A stretch of 44,779 bases of DNA, taken from a virus (lineage: Duplodnaviria; Caudoviricetes). How positions within the stretch are numbered: position 1 is the first letter of the stretch; the number at the start of each line of letters is the position of its first letter. Both the position numbers and the translations under genes were made by a program. The notes under the pieces are model-generated. The model was not told the origin of the DNA. It saw only the letters and a program-made list of their open reading frames with translations, and ran no database searches. Location of the stretch: positions 1 to 44,779 of IMG/VR virus record IMGVR_UViG_3300046495_000080; one strand, given 5' to 3'. Shown here piece after piece: positions 34,401-41,539 of the stretch.

Positions 34401-36262
34401 TCGGGAACGACTCGAACGCCGAGCGCTTCCTGGGAGGCTACAAGTGGACCCGCGAGCAGGTCCTCGGAGCGCTCTCGAAGCACCTCAACGGCAAGGAGCT
34501 CCGCTGGGTGAACGACGTCTGGGCCGCGCTCGAGAAGGGCGGGGCGAAGGAGGGCGAGCAGTCCCTCTACCAGGAGATGGCGAAGCTGCACGAGGATGAG
34601 GAGGGGATCGCGCCCGAGAAGATCAAGGCGAAGCCCTTCACCATGAAGTCCTCCGACGGCGAGCTCGTCGAGATGACCGGCGGCTACTTCCCGGCCCGGT
34701 ACGACCCGCGCCCCGGCGCCGAGCGGCGCACCGGAGAGAAGCAGGTCGCGGCGGACGTCGCCTCCTTCTTCCAGCAGAACTACACGCGCGCGCCGTCGGT
34801 CGCGAGCCCGCACGCGAAGAAGCGCGCCGCCCACTTCGAGGACCTGGTCAACCTGAACTGGGGCATCGTCCCGGCGCACGTCTCGCAGGTGATCCATGAC
34901 ATCGCCTACCGGCGGTTCGTGAAGGAGACGGCGGCGCTCCTCCTCAACGACCGGATGGACAACGCCCTCACGCAGCACCTGGGCGTGGTGCGAGTGAAGA
35001 CGCTCCGGTCCTGGCTCCGGGCCGTCGCGAACGCCCGCGCGGACTCCCTGCCGGAGCACCTCGAGTTCACGGGCCAGCTCATGTCGGGCCTGAAGAGCGG
35101 CGCCGCGAAGGCCGCGCTCGGCTTCTCGGTGCCGCGTGCGATCTCGGACGTCGTTTCCGACCCGGCCATCGCAGTGGCGACCGGCCACATCCGGCCTGAC
35201 TACATGGCGAAGGCCTCCGCGAAGGTGCTCACGCCCGCCCGCTGGCGGGAGGCGCGTGACTGGGTCGTCGCGAACATCCCCGAGGTCCGGGACCGCTCGG
35301 AGAACCTCCGCAGCGAGATGAACAAGGCACTCGGCAAGATGGGCGGGCGGCAGGTGCTGCAGAACCCGACGCTTCGCGCGGTCCGCGACTCCGCCTTCAT
35401 CACCATGGAGCTGGGCGACGCGCTCATCAGCACGCCGATGGCCCTCGCCAAGTACCAGCAGGCCCTCGACGGCTATCGCGCGGAGGGCCGCGCCGCCGAC
35501 GAGGCGCACCGCCTCGCCGTGCGCGACGCCGGGGACATGATCCGGGAGGTGATGCCGCCGCACGACATCGCCGACAAGCCCGCCCTCATCCGCGACCACC
35601 AGGTGCTCGGGGCGCTCCTGCTCTTCCACGGCCACGCCAACAAGATCGGCGGCGTCCTTCGCCGGCGCGGCGCCGACGTCGCCCGGGCGTTCCGATCTAG
35701 CGAGTCGAGCATCGGCGACAAGGCGGCGCCGGTGGCGAAGCTCATGGGGACGGTCGTCGGGCTCGCCATCGCCAACGGGATCTACGCCGAGTACTTCGCC
35801 GGCCGCGGAAAGACGGAGGACGAGACCTACGAGCAGTGGGTGGCCCGGAAGAGCATCGGCGCCGTCCTCTACCCGGTGCCCTTTCTGAACGGCCCCCTCG
35901 AGGCGCTCGTTTCGAAGTGGATCACCGGGGAGACGAAGCCGGTCTCGATCCGCGGGGCGCCAGGCTTCGACTTCGCGATGCGCACCCTCAAGAAGATCGG
36001 GGAGGGCGTCTCGAAGTGGTTCGACGGTGACGGCGACGCCGGGCTGGCAGCGCAGCAGGCCGCGGAGACGCTCCTCGGCATCGCCGCCGGCGCGCCCACC
36101 CGGCAGGCCCACGACACCACCGAGTACGTGCGCCAGCTCGCCTCGGGGGAGGCGGACGCCCGAGGGCCGCTCGACGTCCTGGGCGGCCTCATCTACGGCA
36201 ACGACCCGCGGAACGGCGCCAACCCGCTCACCGACCTCCAGTCCATCTTCTCAGGAGACTGA
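28409..36262 (+). CDS. Large ejection/polyvalent protein (2617 aa) with tandem GGDEF domains and an HExxH domain
   Basis: gp16-like position; DPKTGLLN...K.AND..GH...D...GGDLY; DL..IK.MN...G....D...RSGDEF; LAHETFH...EE.A...E.YL.EG.AP; GGYFPARYDP. Confidence 0.88.
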   Translation: MADALDAAVDEVLARQPAAGELGVTEPVPARPLAAGETLHLVRAGADVAPPAPPPGPDPLDAAVDSVLAPPAQGDLPEVQALRRQAKGVAAAREAVAATYGRASYTPTAEDLAAEQAVAAGGDVERGLAYHRLLADHTELNLEQQAQAKQLTAATGLPADLVVRNLPALWKRFSAQRTDAQLQALIAAHPALKEDLATDPAMYRQVRDASADVTDWLHYVVGHQEPMKTAAEAAKDPNAPEWVKETAKQFPDMLLPDYRQGVVGAYVRDKWTKDVPLQARKTAQAETAAPHGLFDNPNLSPFEVDTLREEAGQAPLAAPPRPGMVAPSEPAFPDWRAENAAKIAELEKETTGAKDYGPLSRRLMGKVLTAPARMSDVLVGNALAAAAGPQGVFMFNWGYGYGPLAYDLQQQKGPDGKPVDPASANRIAGGASALGAAAFSVPIVKIGGRLLTGAEQRVLGQATAEATERALAIPAVSQLLLRTAKASGEEYAGGMLGMVSQAIAEEGGRQLNAGTFDPAKFAETVQATAKQAAADLLLLSAGGAAHTVVRDVAARQAALRSQVALRGVATPGTKLSQVLEAAPDGGRELLVRLAQSSRVESPDAVTAIHQDLAQWDAYWTAQKLDPRAAAATAMRDGGKAYDQAKAEHATRLEIPVADWTATFGVGENAKHGQALLEDAATAATVNTPRQQMAQAEADQARAAELAKLEPDKMEADHRAVFEEYRRQALEADETDAEATSNAKIAAAGYKAFAERAGRGESAWDLWQAYPMRIIRGEGSVGPGASQPSQGERLAQIDARLSEITPATAARDLTTKYLTSSPEQQAEIYYRDPKTGLLNDRGLWDAPPDPERPLLAQVQISGKKLANDKAGHEALDRIFRAVGRELVDAGGDHVAKAGGDLYLRVKDQAELDRVMGVVRAKLPQWVELSAGLGDRKAALRETIDGINAVHNPVVEKRRAAGTFAQREGYPAAFTGKKAAKAYAKAISELPDGNAAVPLTAALRESHAALEPRAAAETAFRTAGGLLTETAWHEMRQPGRAKRWVASMDLRSIKRMNEALGVDATDAVLLAIERKMGEIGGAAVDAAHRSGDEFAWQHDDLQALHAYGLRLRDVGRMMSYTVTDPVTGERKTLRGVEFAIGEGKTFDEADGPKLKADKRSLDTELGAGWFERRLTPGEPGDGGRPGSGGGEASGPVQGRGDQVRERGGLEPGQGPAQDFPGLGPDRVEEVRALLRERAALTGAVELKQGSRIADIDGEQLVFHQDGERGFIRFPKVLAEGQPVALDLHLLNSDKSTLAHETFHGLSVVLGQLATRPDAPAGLRADYQGLLEAMGYQDHAERLSARDAAKEERASHLWEMYLAEGRAPSKELRPAFTRFKGWMQKIYGGLLGISDQYEKRFGKPLELSDDVRRIFDRMLAADDQVDRARAEIEPAAAPADVGEMPPADQAEYQRLDQEDREVSREELVRRAAEDDQSEARKAAAAEAQRIRGQVEVDVAAGDEGHRALAHLQRGEIPGQPDPMGVLKDDEGHPVKLDRKSLVREIGAEAVAALPRGIFAKPDEGGMAAGEVALRLAFPNAEALLDAIRGKDFDAAVKDEVGRRVDEKFGPALLDDPARAPAAAQAALATEAGAKKLMLRLAAIARALGPEAERRVRGMSLPAMHDQARELLQGTPIRQVSADRYMNMEAAAHDRATEAWKAGKRDQALQEVEAAVWNHVFARAARDVRDLVDRAEQRVRGTRGDAWRAALGKASPAYRDGHDAILAGVKMGHARPDAAGDVQKLLLQLVSDASGTVVNGEVVPDGGWDPQGVRELAAKPRAWSELTPEEALNVADAVANIRHHANDLNEITTAGKRLDREMTIDEGIAALEKNLPKQPKIQDDPLLDQLKRNPLRLAGQAADALELDIKTYAHLMDGGDRDGIFHQLFIDRRLVARDKRNALTRRFLEDLLPKFEKSGLDRARLTEAIDVSADLPLDARLAELREGKLRTRSNLLMMLLNLGNDSNAERFLGGYKWTREQVLGALSKHLNGKELRWVNDVWAALEKGGAKEGEQSLYQEMAKLHEDEEGIAPEKIKAKPFTMKSSDGELVEMTGGYFPARYDPRPGAERRTGEKQVAADVASFFQQNYTRAPSVASPHAKKRAAHFEDLVNLNWGIVPAHVSQVIHDIAYRRFVKETAALLLNDRMDNALTQHLGVVRVKTLRSWLRAVANARADSLPEHLEFTGQLMSGLKSGAAKAALGFSVPRAISDVVSDPAIAVATGHIRPDYMAKASAKVLTPARWREARDWVVANIPEVRDRSENLRSEMNKALGKMGGRQVLQNPTLRAVRDSAFITMELGDALISTPMALAKYQQALDGYRAEGRAADEAHRLAVRDAGDMIREVMPPHDIADKPALIRDHQVLGALLLFHGHANKIGGVLRRRGADVARAFRSSESSIGDKAAPVAKLMGTVVGLAIANGIYAEYFAGRGKTEDETYEQWVARKSIGAVLYPVPFLNGPLEALVSKWITGETKPVSIRGAPGFDFAMRTLKKIGEGVSKWFDGDGDAGLAAQQAAETLLGIAAGAPTRQAHDTTEYVRQLASGEADARGPLDVLGGLIYGNDPRNGANPLTDLQSIFSGD
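31842..32093 (+). CDS. Nested out-of-frame small protein (83 aa) inside the ejection gene
   Basis: Purine-rich GGAAGGGAAG before ATG; GC3-rich codons switch to this frame while the host frame reads as G/R/P-rich linker. Confidence 0.6.
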   Translation: MKPTDLSSRPTSEASTPSSAPAGSSDASPLENLVTVDDLAAAVEKHPGRFRVEEIKFGNEVVWSRDKAPPKTSPASAPTESKK

Positions 36263-36264
36263 CC

Positions 36265-38493
36265 ATGCGCACCTTCGCAGCCCTCTGCCTCGCCCTCGTC
36301 GCCAGCCTCGCCCGCGCGGCCGTCCCGACGACCACCAGCATCGTCGAGTACACCTGCAACAGCAGCCAGAAGGTCTTCGCCGTCACCTACAAGTTCCTCG
36401 ACGCTTCGAGCCTCCGGGTCTCGAAGCTGCTCATCGCGTCGCCCTACACGGAGACGGTGCTGGCCAGCACCACCGACTACTCGGTCGCCGGCGCCGGCGA
36501 CGCGGGCGGGACGGTCTCCACCACGGCCGCGTGCGCCACCGGCTACAAGCTCCGCATCCGGCGCCTCACCAGCCGCACGCGGCTCACCCGGTTCTCGACC
36601 TCGGGGCCCTTCAACCCGGCCGCCCTGGACGCGGACCTCGACCGGCAAACGATGATCGCGCAGGAGCTCAACGACGGCGCCCTGGTCTCTACCCAGAACT
36701 TCAGCTTCGTGGGGCCAAGCGCGGACGCGGGCGTCGTGACCGCGTCCGGTGCCACTACCGCGCGCCCTCTCGCGGCTCGGTTCTCCGAGACCGTGAACGT
36801 GAAGGACTTCGGGGCAGCCGGGAATGGCGTCACCGATGACACGGTGGCGATCCAGGCGGCGTTCGCCGCTACCGCCGACGGGAGCACGATCGTCTTTCCC
36901 GCCGGGTCCTACGTGGTAGCCCCCGTCGCCACCGTCCAGTACCACGACCTGGGCGCCCCCAACGGCGTCCGGAAGACCGCGGTCACCGTGACCGGCAGAA
37001 AGAACCTCACCGTTCGCGGCGACGGCACGGTGAACATCATCGTGAATGGGACGGGCACGGAGCGGGTGGCCTTCTTCTTCACGGGCTGCACGAACGTGAA
37101 GATCGAGGGCCTCGGCTTCGGCCTCACCAACGTCGCCACCTCCGTGGGTGGCGGGTCGATCCTGGCGAGCGAGGACTGGTACCCGATCGCCCTGGAGGGG
37201 AACGACGGCGTCGAGGTGGCGCGCTGCAAGTTCGTGACGCCCCGGTGCGCTGTCTTCGCGGACTCCTTCAACGGAGCCGCCAACAAGAACATCAACGTGC
37301 ACGACAGCACGTTTATGAATGTGACCTACTCCTCCCTCCTCACCCGGAACGCCAGCGGCGTCCGTTTCGCCGGAAACTACTGCGAGGGCACCGGGCGCAA
37401 CTGGCACACCTACGGTGAGGACGTGGCGCTCGCCGACCTGACCACTAACTCGGTCGTCTCGGACAACCGGTTCGTGAACCCCAACGGCATCCAGTCGCGC
37501 GTCACCCCGTCCACCAACCTGGGTCCCACAGCGATCACGGGCAACGTGAAGAGCGGGGGAGGCATCTTCGTCGAGATCTACCAGGCGTCAAACGTCACCG
37601 TTTCCGGGAACACCTCGACCGGGACCGGCACCGCGGAGCACATCCTCTTCACCAACGCGACCAACACCGCCAACGAGAACGTCTCCATCACCGGGAACAC
37701 CTTCCTCAACGGCGGCCGCGTCGTGAACGATTACTTCGCCGGGTCCAACACCAAAGACGGGCTCATCTTCTCCAACAACGTTTGCCAGAACACATATGGT
37801 CCGATTGCCAATAGCGCGCGTTCGGGCGTTGTGGTCACGGGCAACCGTTTCAACCTGAGTTCCTCGGGGCAGGAGATCCGCTTCGCCGGCCAGGGCCTCG
37901 TCTTCAAAGGCAACGTGGTGAAGAACGGCTACCTGAGCCTCCTCGACAACAACGAGGCGATCGTGGAGGGGAATTACTTCCTCGGCAGCTTCGGAACCCC
38001 GCCGGCTGTCGCGCTCAACATCTCCGGTACGACGCAGCACACGGTCAGAGGGAACCGCTTCGAGCCGGTCTCCTACACGAATATCTTCTCCACCACCCCA
38101 ACCCTGGCGATCGGGTTCAAGTTCCTGGACGCCGGAAGTGGCGGTAGTCCCGGCGCGATGGGCGTGAAGCTGACCGCCGCCGTGGGGGACACGTGGTGGA
38201 GCGATTCCCCCGTTGCCGGTGCCACCCCAGGCTGGGTCTGCACCGGGGCAGGGACGCCTGGGACCTGGGTTCAAATGGCGCCTGCCCTGTCCACCGCCGG
38301 CAACTTCTCGGTCCCCTTCAGCATCAGCCCTGGAACTCCTGGGGGCTCGACGCAGGGCGGAAATATATGGATGGGCTCTGGCGTGCCGTCGGGCGGCAAC
38401 AACGGCGACGTCTACTTCCGCACCGACACCCCCGGCACAGCGAACCAGCGCCTGTACGTCAAGAGTGCCGGGGCGTGGGTCGGGATCCTCTGA
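36265..38493 (+). CDS. Tailspike: signal-like peptide, T7 gp17-like anchor, pectin-lyase-like beta-helix
   Basis: Y.CN....F...F...L.V...DY.V.G.G..GG.V...L.I.R...LDR.TM..QE anchor; NVKDFGAAGNGVTDDT.AIQAA; repeated ..GN.F rungs. Confidence 0.9.
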   Translation: MRTFAALCLALVASLARAAVPTTTSIVEYTCNSSQKVFAVTYKFLDASSLRVSKLLIASPYTETVLASTTDYSVAGAGDAGGTVSTTAACATGYKLRIRRLTSRTRLTRFSTSGPFNPAALDADLDRQTMIAQELNDGALVSTQNFSFVGPSADAGVVTASGATTARPLAARFSETVNVKDFGAAGNGVTDDTVAIQAAFAATADGSTIVFPAGSYVVAPVATVQYHDLGAPNGVRKTAVTVTGRKNLTVRGDGTVNIIVNGTGTERVAFFFTGCTNVKIEGLGFGLTNVATSVGGGSILASEDWYPIALEGNDGVEVARCKFVTPRCAVFADSFNGAANKNINVHDSTFMNVTYSSLLTRNASGVRFAGNYCEGTGRNWHTYGEDVALADLTTNSVVSDNRFVNPNGIQSRVTPSTNLGPTAITGNVKSGGGIFVEIYQASNVTVSGNTSTGTGTAEHILFTNATNTANENVSITGNTFLNGGRVVNDYFAGSNTKDGLIFSNNVCQNTYGPIANSARSGVVVTGNRFNLSSSGQEIRFAGQGLVFKGNVVKNGYLSLLDNNEAIVEGNYFLGSFGTPPAVALNISGTTQHTVRGNRFEPVSYTNIFSTTPTLAIGFKFLDAGSGGSPGAMGVKLTAAVGDTWWSDSPVAGATPGWVCTGAGTPGTWVQMAPALSTAGNFSVPFSISPGTPGGSTQGGNIWMGSGVPSGGNNGDVYFRTDTPGTANQRLYVKSAGAWVGIL

Positions 38494-38495
38494 CC

Positions 38496-38855
38496 ATGAC
38501 GCCCACCAAGGCGGAAATGGAGCACACCACCGGGTGGGAGAAGCTCGCCGGCGCGGCCGCGGCGTACCTACCGCGCGCCGAGGGCCGCCGCTCGCGCGAC
38601 AAGCAGCGCTGGTGGGTGACCGCGGCGGTGCAGGGCGGCTTCGCGCTCCTGTGCTGGCGCCTCGTCTCGGCCGGGATCGACACGCTGCGCGTAGAGCGCG
38701 AGCTCCGGGACCAGCAGCACCAGGCGCTGGTCCACGTGCTGGACGAGCAGGCCCGCGCGCTCCGGGACCTCTCGGCGGAGATCCGGGCGAACACGCAGTC
38801 GGATGCCGAGGAGCGGGCCGCGGCCCGGGCCCGGCGGGAAGGCGCGAAGCCGTGA
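38496..38855 (+). CDS. Membrane protein with coiled coil (lysis cassette)
   Basis: One TM (WWVTAAVQGGFALLCW) plus coiled coil. Confidence 0.65.
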   Translation: MTPTKAEMEHTTGWEKLAGAAAAYLPRAEGRRSRDKQRWWVTAAVQGGFALLCWRLVSAGIDTLRVERELRDQQHQALVHVLDEQARALRDLSAEIRANTQSDAEERAAARARREGAKP

Positions 38856-39100
38856 TGACCTGGTGGCAGTTCCTGCTCCTCTCCGGGGCCGTCGTCGGGG
38901 TGGTGGAGTACCGCATGCGCGGGATCCGCGACCTCTTCAAGGATTCACTCGTGCAGAGCGCTTCGATCGACGCAGCCCTCTCCGCGCAGAACGGCAGGAT
39001 CAAGGCGGTCGAGGATCAGCAGCGCGAGACGGCCGCCGCGGTGGCGGAGCTGCACGGTCGCGTCTTCGCGCTGGAGCAGCGCCCCGCTCCGATGAGGTGA
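38855..39100 (+). CDS. Small TM plus coiled-coil protein (holin/antiholin candidate)
   Basis: TGATG overlap; N-terminal TM. Confidence 0.6.
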   Translation: MTWWQFLLLSGAVVGVVEYRMRGIRDLFKDSLVQSASIDAALSAQNGRIKAVEDQQRETAAAVAELHGRVFALEQRPAPMR

Positions 39101-39612
39101 CCGTGGACCCCCTGAATCTCCGCGAGCTCGTCTCTCCGCACTTCTCCTGGTCCGAGCTCACCACCACCCAGAACCGGGACCCGGGGATCGTGGTGATGCA
39201 GGAGAACCCGCCGGAGCTGATCCGCACGAACCTGCTGCGCCTGGCGCGGACGCTCCTCGAGCCCGCGCACGACCTGGTGGGCAGGCTCCAGGTGAACTCC
39301 GGCTATCGGTGCGCGCAGCTCAACGCGGCGCTGCCTGGGTCGTCGAAGACGAGCGCACACATGCTGGGGCTCGCGGCCGACCTGGTGCCGCTCGAGCAGG
39401 GGCTCGTCGAGGCGTTCGAGGCGATCGCCGCGGCGCACTTGCCGGCGCTCGACCAGCTCATCTTCGAGTTCGGGCGCTGGGCGCACCTCGGCGCCGCGCC
39501 GCTCGGACGCGCGCCCCGGGGGCAGCTCCTCATGATCTTCACCGGAGGCAAGTACGAGCTCTGGAACCCGCAGGACGAGCGCGTGACGGCGCTCAGGGAG
39601 GTGGTCACGTGA
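39097..39612 (+). CDS. Endolysin, peptidase M15A family
   Basis: SPHFSWSEL...SGYRC..LN...S.H..G.AAD...WAH. Confidence 0.9.
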   Translation: MTVDPLNLRELVSPHFSWSELTTTQNRDPGIVVMQENPPELIRTNLLRLARTLLEPAHDLVGRLQVNSGYRCAQLNAALPGSSKTSAHMLGLAADLVPLEQGLVEAFEAIAAAHLPALDQLIFEFGRWAHLGAAPLGRAPRGQLLMIFTGGKYELWNPQDERVTALREVVT

Positions 39613-39908
39613 TCCCGGTCATCAAGCGGTTCTTCCACGACCTGCTCTACAGCCCCGAGCGCGCGACGCTCTGGTTCCGAGGCATTTTCACCTGGCTGGG
39701 CGTGTCCGCGGGGCTGCTCGTCGCCTACCCGCCCGAGACGATCGCCGCGTGGCACCTCAAGGACTGGGCGCTCCGCTTCGTCATCGCCGGCGTCACGGCG
39801 ATCCCGGTGATGAAGAAGGCCGGGGACAAGAACCGGTCCGACGACCAGGTGCGCGAGGTGGTCGCGAATCAGCCACCTCCGCCGTCTACCCCTCCCGCGG
39901 CCCTGTGA
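39609..39908 (+). CDS. Putative holin (2 TM)
   Basis: Two hydrophobic segments, charged C-terminus, next to the endolysin. Confidence 0.6.
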   Translation: MIPVIKRFFHDLLYSPERATLWFRGIFTWLGVSAGLLVAYPPETIAAWHLKDWALRFVIAGVTAIPVMKKAGDKNRSDDQVREVVANQPPPPSTPPAAL

Positions 39909-40705
39909 TGACCCCCGCCGAGCTCGAGGCCAAGGTGGAGCAGCTCGAGCGCGCGGCCGCTCCGGCGGCGGTGCGCGCCGTGCGCTGGACCTGGGGGCAC
40001 CTCGCCCTGGTGCTGGCCGGGGTGGTGCTCCTTCTCTCGGCGACCCTGGCGTGGGAGTGCCGGGCCGCCGGCCAGGCCCGCGCCGCAGCCGCCCGGGCAC
40101 CGGAGGTCGCCGCGGCGCACGCCGCCCAGGTCCCGGTGGTGGAGCAGCTCCCGGCCGCCGACGTCGACCATCACCTCGACGAGGCCCTCCGGGGCAACGC
40201 CGAGCTGCAGCTGTCCCTCGCCCGGGCCCGGAAGGCGGTCCCGGGGGCGAAGGTGGGAGGGGTGACGCGGGCGGCGGTCGAGGGCGCCGCCCACGCGTCG
40301 CCGCGACCAGGCGATCCGGCCGGGTCGCCGGCCATGGTCCCGATCCTCGCCGACGGGGACGGCCTCCGCCTCGAGGTGGTGGACGTTCGCCTCGAGGGGC
40401 CGGCCGGGGGACGCTACGCCGCGGGCTCCCAGCGGGCGGTCCGGCTCTCGGACGGCGCCGAGCTGCTCGCCCGGCCGTGGACGGCGCCGGTGGTGGACGC
40501 GGTGGAGGTCGCCCCGCCGGCGCCGGCGGCGAAGCGGGACCTCCGCCTGGGCCTGGTCGGCGGTGGCGCCGCGGGGGCCAGCGGCGCGACCTGGCTCCTC
40601 GGCGGCCAGGTGCTGTACCGGGACCACGTCACCCTGGCGGCCGCGGGCGGGCCCGGGCCGGACCGGAAGGGCGCGGGGGTGGTGCTGGTCGGCGTTCTCT
40701 TCTGA
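39908..40705 (+). CDS. Putative spanin-like protein (265 aa)
   Basis: Last lysis gene; N-terminal TM, Gly-rich beta-strands, terminal Phe. Confidence 0.55.
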   Translation: MTPAELEAKVEQLERAAAPAAVRAVRWTWGHLALVLAGVVLLLSATLAWECRAAGQARAAAARAPEVAAAHAAQVPVVEQLPAADVDHHLDEALRGNAELQLSLARARKAVPGAKVGGVTRAAVEGAAHASPRPGDPAGSPAMVPILADGDGLRLEVVDVRLEGPAGGRYAAGSQRAVRLSDGAELLARPWTAPVVDAVEVAPPAPAAKRDLRLGLVGGGAAGASGATWLLGGQVLYRDHVTLAAAGGPGPDRKGAGVVLVGVLF

Positions 40706-40997
40706 CGGGGCGCCGGCTGCCGCGCTTCGTCGCCCTGGGGCGATCGGCGCCGCGGCCGGGCATCCGGGCGTCCCCCGCTCCGCGAGCGTCCTGGGGCCGC
40801 CCAGCTCGTCGCGCTTCTGCGCTTGCTCTGCGCTACGGCCGGCCGGCCACGTCCCGCTCGGTCCCGCCGCCCGCACGCAACGTCGTGTTTCCAGGCCCTT
40901 CGTCGCGCCACGTCTCGTCGCGTCCCGGACTGTCCCGGCCGAACCCGGACCCGGCTTAGAGGACGACTCCGGTTTTTCTGCCCTTCTTACGCGTGCT

Positions 40998-41014
40998 TGG
41001 CTCCTGGGCAGGGG
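40998..41014 (-). other. Candidate attP core: 3' end of a tRNA (Asn-like or Gln-like)
   Basis: Minus strand CCCCTG-CCCAGGA-G-CCA fits T-stem 3' strand + acceptor + G73 + CCA; lies in the non-coding gap downstream of int. Confidence 0.6.
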
Positions 41015-41035
41015 CCGTTTCTGCATCAATCTGCG

Positions 41036-41539
41036 CTACATGTGTCGCCAGGTGGTCCGCTTCACGATGCGCTGGACCGTCATGGCGTCGAGTCCGAACT
41101 CGCGCGCGAGCGAGCGGATCGAGTCCGGCTGCCGGCCGGGTCCCTGCTCTCTCCCGGGCCGAACCCTGGACCGGATCTCCGCCACGATCGCTTCCGTGAC
41201 CTTCGCGGCGTAGTGCCGTTCGCCCCTAGCCGAGTTGAGCGCCGGACCTCGCGCCTGGCGCCCCTTCGTCACCTTATCGGACATGTTGTCGGCGCAGGTC
41301 CCCAGGAACAGGTGCGCGACGTTCACGCACGCCGGCTGATCGCACCGGTGCAGGACCTGGAGCCCGGAGGGGATCGGGCCGTCCACCATCTCCCATGCCA
41401 GCCGGTGGACGGTACGCGTGTGGCCCTCGATCCCGAGCTGCCCGTACCCCTTCGCGTCTACTGAGCCTGCCCAGAACCAGCAGCCGGAGTTCGGCTCCGG
41501 CGAGACTTTGGCCCAGAATCGCTGCTCCCACTCGCGCAT
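41036..41539 (-). CDS. HNH homing endonuclease (HNH_3-like) with C-terminal HTH
   Basis: RFWAKV...GCWFWAG...GYG...HRLAW...VLHRCDQPACVNVAHLFLGT..DN..D. Confidence 0.9.
   Translation of the reverse strand: MREWEQRFWAKVSPEPNSGCWFWAGSVDAKGYGQLGIEGHTRTVHRLAWEMVDGPIPSGLQVLHRCDQPACVNVAHLFLGTCADNMSDKVTKGRQARGPALNSARGERHYAAKVTEAIVAEIRSRVRPGREQGPGRQPDSIRSLAREFGLDAMTVQRIVKRTTWRHM

Noticed and set aside
40727-40921. Four TCGTCGC heptamers near attP
   Set aside because: Short GC-rich word with irregular spacing that is common throughout the genome; not distinguishable from chance.
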